DNA of 63,510 bases, the filler included, from Asterionella formosa (Eukaryota), in assembly GCA_002256025.1 (NCBI GenBank). It is 14 parts of 14 records of this genome, joined end to end, with 100 filler letters (N's around TTAATTAATTAA, not from the genome) between each part and the next. Parts side by side here need not be neighbours in the genome. Positions count along the whole stretch, not along the records: positions 60,624 to 62,018 come from NKIB01002659.1; positions 62,119 to 63,510 come from NKIB01002660.1; 12 more parts are not named here. One strand, 5' to 3'. The position numbers and the translations under genes were made by a program. The notes under the pieces are model-generated. The model saw nothing but the letters and a program-made list of their open reading frames with translations. It was not told the origin of the DNA and did no database searches. Shown here in pieces: positions 60,624-63,510 of this stretch (its first letter is position 1; each line of letters begins with the position of its first letter).

Positions 60624-62018
60624 GATACAAGTATCAGAGTTGTCTTTGCAATCACCATGCACAAGAAGACATGGACTTTGGAGGTCATTGACGTCGAAGC
60701 ATCCTTTCTTGAAGGAGACTTAGAGGAAGACATCTACCTTGAATGGCCTGAAGGCGTTGTTGAGTTTGGCTTTGAAGACAACAAGGTTGTCTCAGAAAAT
60801 TGTATTCTTCTAAGTAAAGCCATGTATGGAACAACGGTGCAGGCTGCGCGACAGTGGTACAAGAAACTTGTGGAGCGTCTGATTCTCATTGGAATGAAAC
60901 AGAGCAAAGTGGATCCATGCATTTTCTTCTTGAAACGTGATTTGAAATTGGTTCTAATTGTTTGTATCTATGTTGATGACTGCATTGTTGCAGGAGAACA
61001 AGCCGATGTTGACTGGCTTAAGGCTGAAGCCAAGAAGCATTTCACCATAAAGGAACTCGGACCAATCAAGAAACATTTAGGAGTTTGGTATGACTGGGGA
61101 GAGGATGCTGATGGAAGATTTCTTGAATCTACTATGAAGGATTTCGTTGAAGGAATGTTTGAAGACTATAAGAATCTCTTTGGACGTTATCCCGCAATTG
61201 CACCAACTCCCGGATTGCCAGGTACAAGTTTGTCCAAGAATGATGCCCACACTGTTCTACATAGTGAATACAGATCCATGGTTGGAAAAATCTTATACTT
61301 TGTAAAGAAGATATCTCCAATTTGTGCCAATGCATGTCGAGAATTGTCTCAGCATCTGGAGAATCCAGGAGAGGCTCATTGGAAGGCGGTTGAACGTCTG
61401 TTGGGATTCTTATATGCAGACAAGAAACATCGGCGTATGAAGATGCGAACCCCTAAAGAAATGCGCCAATGGATGTTGTTGACAGTGCATTTGCAATTAA
61501 CCCTGATACTCGCAAAAGTACAAGTGCATATCTCGGAACTATTGGAGCATGCTCCTTGGTGACTTGGTCATCCAAAGGACAGAACATTGTAACAACATCA
61601 AGCATAGAAGCTGAGTATGTCAGCCTAAGCGACGGTGTCAAGGATACTACATTTGTTACAAATCTATTGGATGAGGTCTACTATGTGGAACTGCCAGCAA
61701 TAATTGCTGAGGATAACACTGGAGCGATTTTCCTAAGCAAAAACCAACAAGTTGGATCAAGGACAAAGCATATTGATGTCAGATATCATTTTATACGTGA
61801 GAAGACTGAAGATGGATATGTTGTTGTGGTCTATGTACAAACATGTGAAAACCCTAGTGACCTGCTGTCAAAGAATGTAACTCAGAAGGTGCATGAATCG
61901 CATGCATATGATATTTGCAATGGGACAATGGATTGTTGGAACTGGAACAGGGAGGATGTCAAGATTTAGTACTGCGTGCATATTAGTTCAGTCGAACTAA
62001 TCAATCTTGAATAATATT
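60624..62018 (+). mobile_element. Ty1/Copia RT-RNase H fragment, frameshifted, with PPT and LTR start at 61957
   Basis: DVEASFL, LSKAMYG, YVDD; frameshift near 61465; then DSAFA..TRKS, EAEY, EDN, TKHID; agggagga-TGTCAAG. Confidence 0.95.
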
Positions 62019-62118
62019 NNNNNNNNNNNNNNNNNNNNNNNNNNNNNNNNNNNNNNNNNNNNTTAATTAATTAANNNNNNNNNNNNNNNNNNNNNNNNNN
62101 NNNNNNNNNNNNNNNNNN

Positions 62119-63510
62119 AATATTATTCAAGATTGATTAGTTCGACTGAACTAATATGCACGCAGTACTAAATCTTGACATCCTCCCTGTTCCAGTTCCA
62201 ACAATCCATTGTCCCATTGCAAATATCATATGCATGCGATTCATGCACCTTCTGAGTTACATTCTTTGACAGCAGGTCACTAGGGTTTTCACATGTTTGT
62301 ACATAGACCACAACAACATATCCATCTTCAGTCTTCTCACGTATAAAATGATATCTGACATCAATATGCTTTGTCCTTGATCCAACTTGTTGGTTTTTGC
62401 TTAGGAAAATCGCTCCAGTGTTATCCTCAGCAATTATTGCTGGCAGTTCCACATAGTAGACCTCATCCAATAGATTTGTAACAAATGTAGTATCCTTGAC
62501 ACCGTCGCTTAGGCTGACATACTCAGCTTCTATGCTTGATGTTGTTACAATGTTCTGTCCTTTGGATGACCAAGTCACCAAGGAGCATGCTCCAATAGTT
62601 CCGAGATATGCACTTGTACTTTTGCGAGTATCAGGGTTAATTGCAAATGCACTGTCAACAACATCCATTGGCGCATTTCTTTAGGGGTTCGCATCTTCAT
62701 ACGCCGATGTTTCTTGTCTGCATATAAGAATCCCAACAGACGTTCAACCGCCTTCCAATGAGCCTCCCCTGGATTCTCCAGATGCTGAGACAATTCTCAA
62801 CATGCATTGGCACAAATTGGAGATATCTTCTTTACAAAGTATAAGATTTTTCCAACCATGGATCTGTATTCACTATGTAGAACAGTGTGGGCATCATTCT
62901 TGGACAAACTTGTACCTGGCAATCCGGGAGTTGGTGCAATTGCGGGATAACGTCCAAAGAGATTCTTATAGTCTTCAAACATTCCTTCAACGAAATCCTC
63001 CATAGTAGATTCAAGAAATCTTCCATCAGCATCCTCTCCCCAGTCATACCAAACTCCTAAATGTTTCTTGATTGGTCCGAGTTCCTTTATGGTGAAATGC
63101 TTCTTGGCTTCAGCCTTAAGCCAGTCAACATCGGCTTGTTCTCCTGCAACAATGCAGTCATCAACATAGATACAAACAATTAGAACCAATTTCAAATCAC
63201 GTTTCAAGAAGAAAATGCATGGATCCACTTTGCTCTGTTTCATTCCAATGAGAATCAGACGCTCCACAAGTTTCTTGTACCACTGTCGCGCAGCCTGCAC
63301 CGTTCCATACATGGCTTTACTTAGAAGAATACAATTTTCTGAGACAACCTTGTTGTCTTCAAAGCCAAACTCAACAACGCCTTCAGGCCATTCAAGGTAG
63401 ATGTCTTCCTCTAAGTCTCCTTCAAGAAAGGATGCTTCGACGTCAATGACCTCCAAAGTCCATGTCTTCTTGTGCATGGTGATTGCAAAGACAACTCTGA
63501 TACTTGTATC
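62119..63510 (-). mobile_element. Near-identical copy or allele of the Copia fragment at 60624-62018
   Basis: Reverse complement with the same end points; differs by a 3-bp indel and a few substitutions, including a CGA/TGA stop at 62797-62799. Confidence 0.95.

Noticed and set aside
22800..62118. TTAATTAATTAA between N runs, recurring about every 1.49 kb after 45602
   Set aside because: Artificial six-frame-stop contig linker. The periodicity reflects similarly sized contigs, and adjacency across linkers has no biological meaning.
60624..63510. Apparent 1.4-kb palindrome or head-to-head Copia
   Set aside because: The arms are separate contigs joined by the linker, so orientation is arbitrary.

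Overview
Eukaryotic nuclear DNA, most likely a diatom (inferred from a presequence-bearing carbamate kinase, short GT-AG introns, Copia/LINE/Crypton remnants and TTAGGG repeats; species not determinable). The window is not contiguous: it is a pseudomolecule of contigs joined by an artificial N..TTAATTAATTAA..N linker. Scaffold 1-22799 holds a decayed Crypton-type element, a decayed LINE, non-autonomous DNA transposons and low-complexity hypothetical genes. Contig 22900-45601 is gene-rich (GT23-like fucosyltransferase, mS23-like protein, VIT1, sulfotransferase, carbamate kinase, FG-GAP membrane protein, TM-PDZ protein, degenerate SerRS paralog, YKT6) and ends in TTAGGG repeats. Twelve ~1.39 kb unplaced contigs follow, with gene fragments, a second Crypton fragment and Copia fragments. 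Most notable: an intact SerRS-like ORF lacking catalytic motifs; a tRNA-headed, SINE-like element whose structured core recurs on another contig; an 87-89 bp MITE family with 3-bp TSDs; and a TACC(W)GGTA motif clustered near gene starts.
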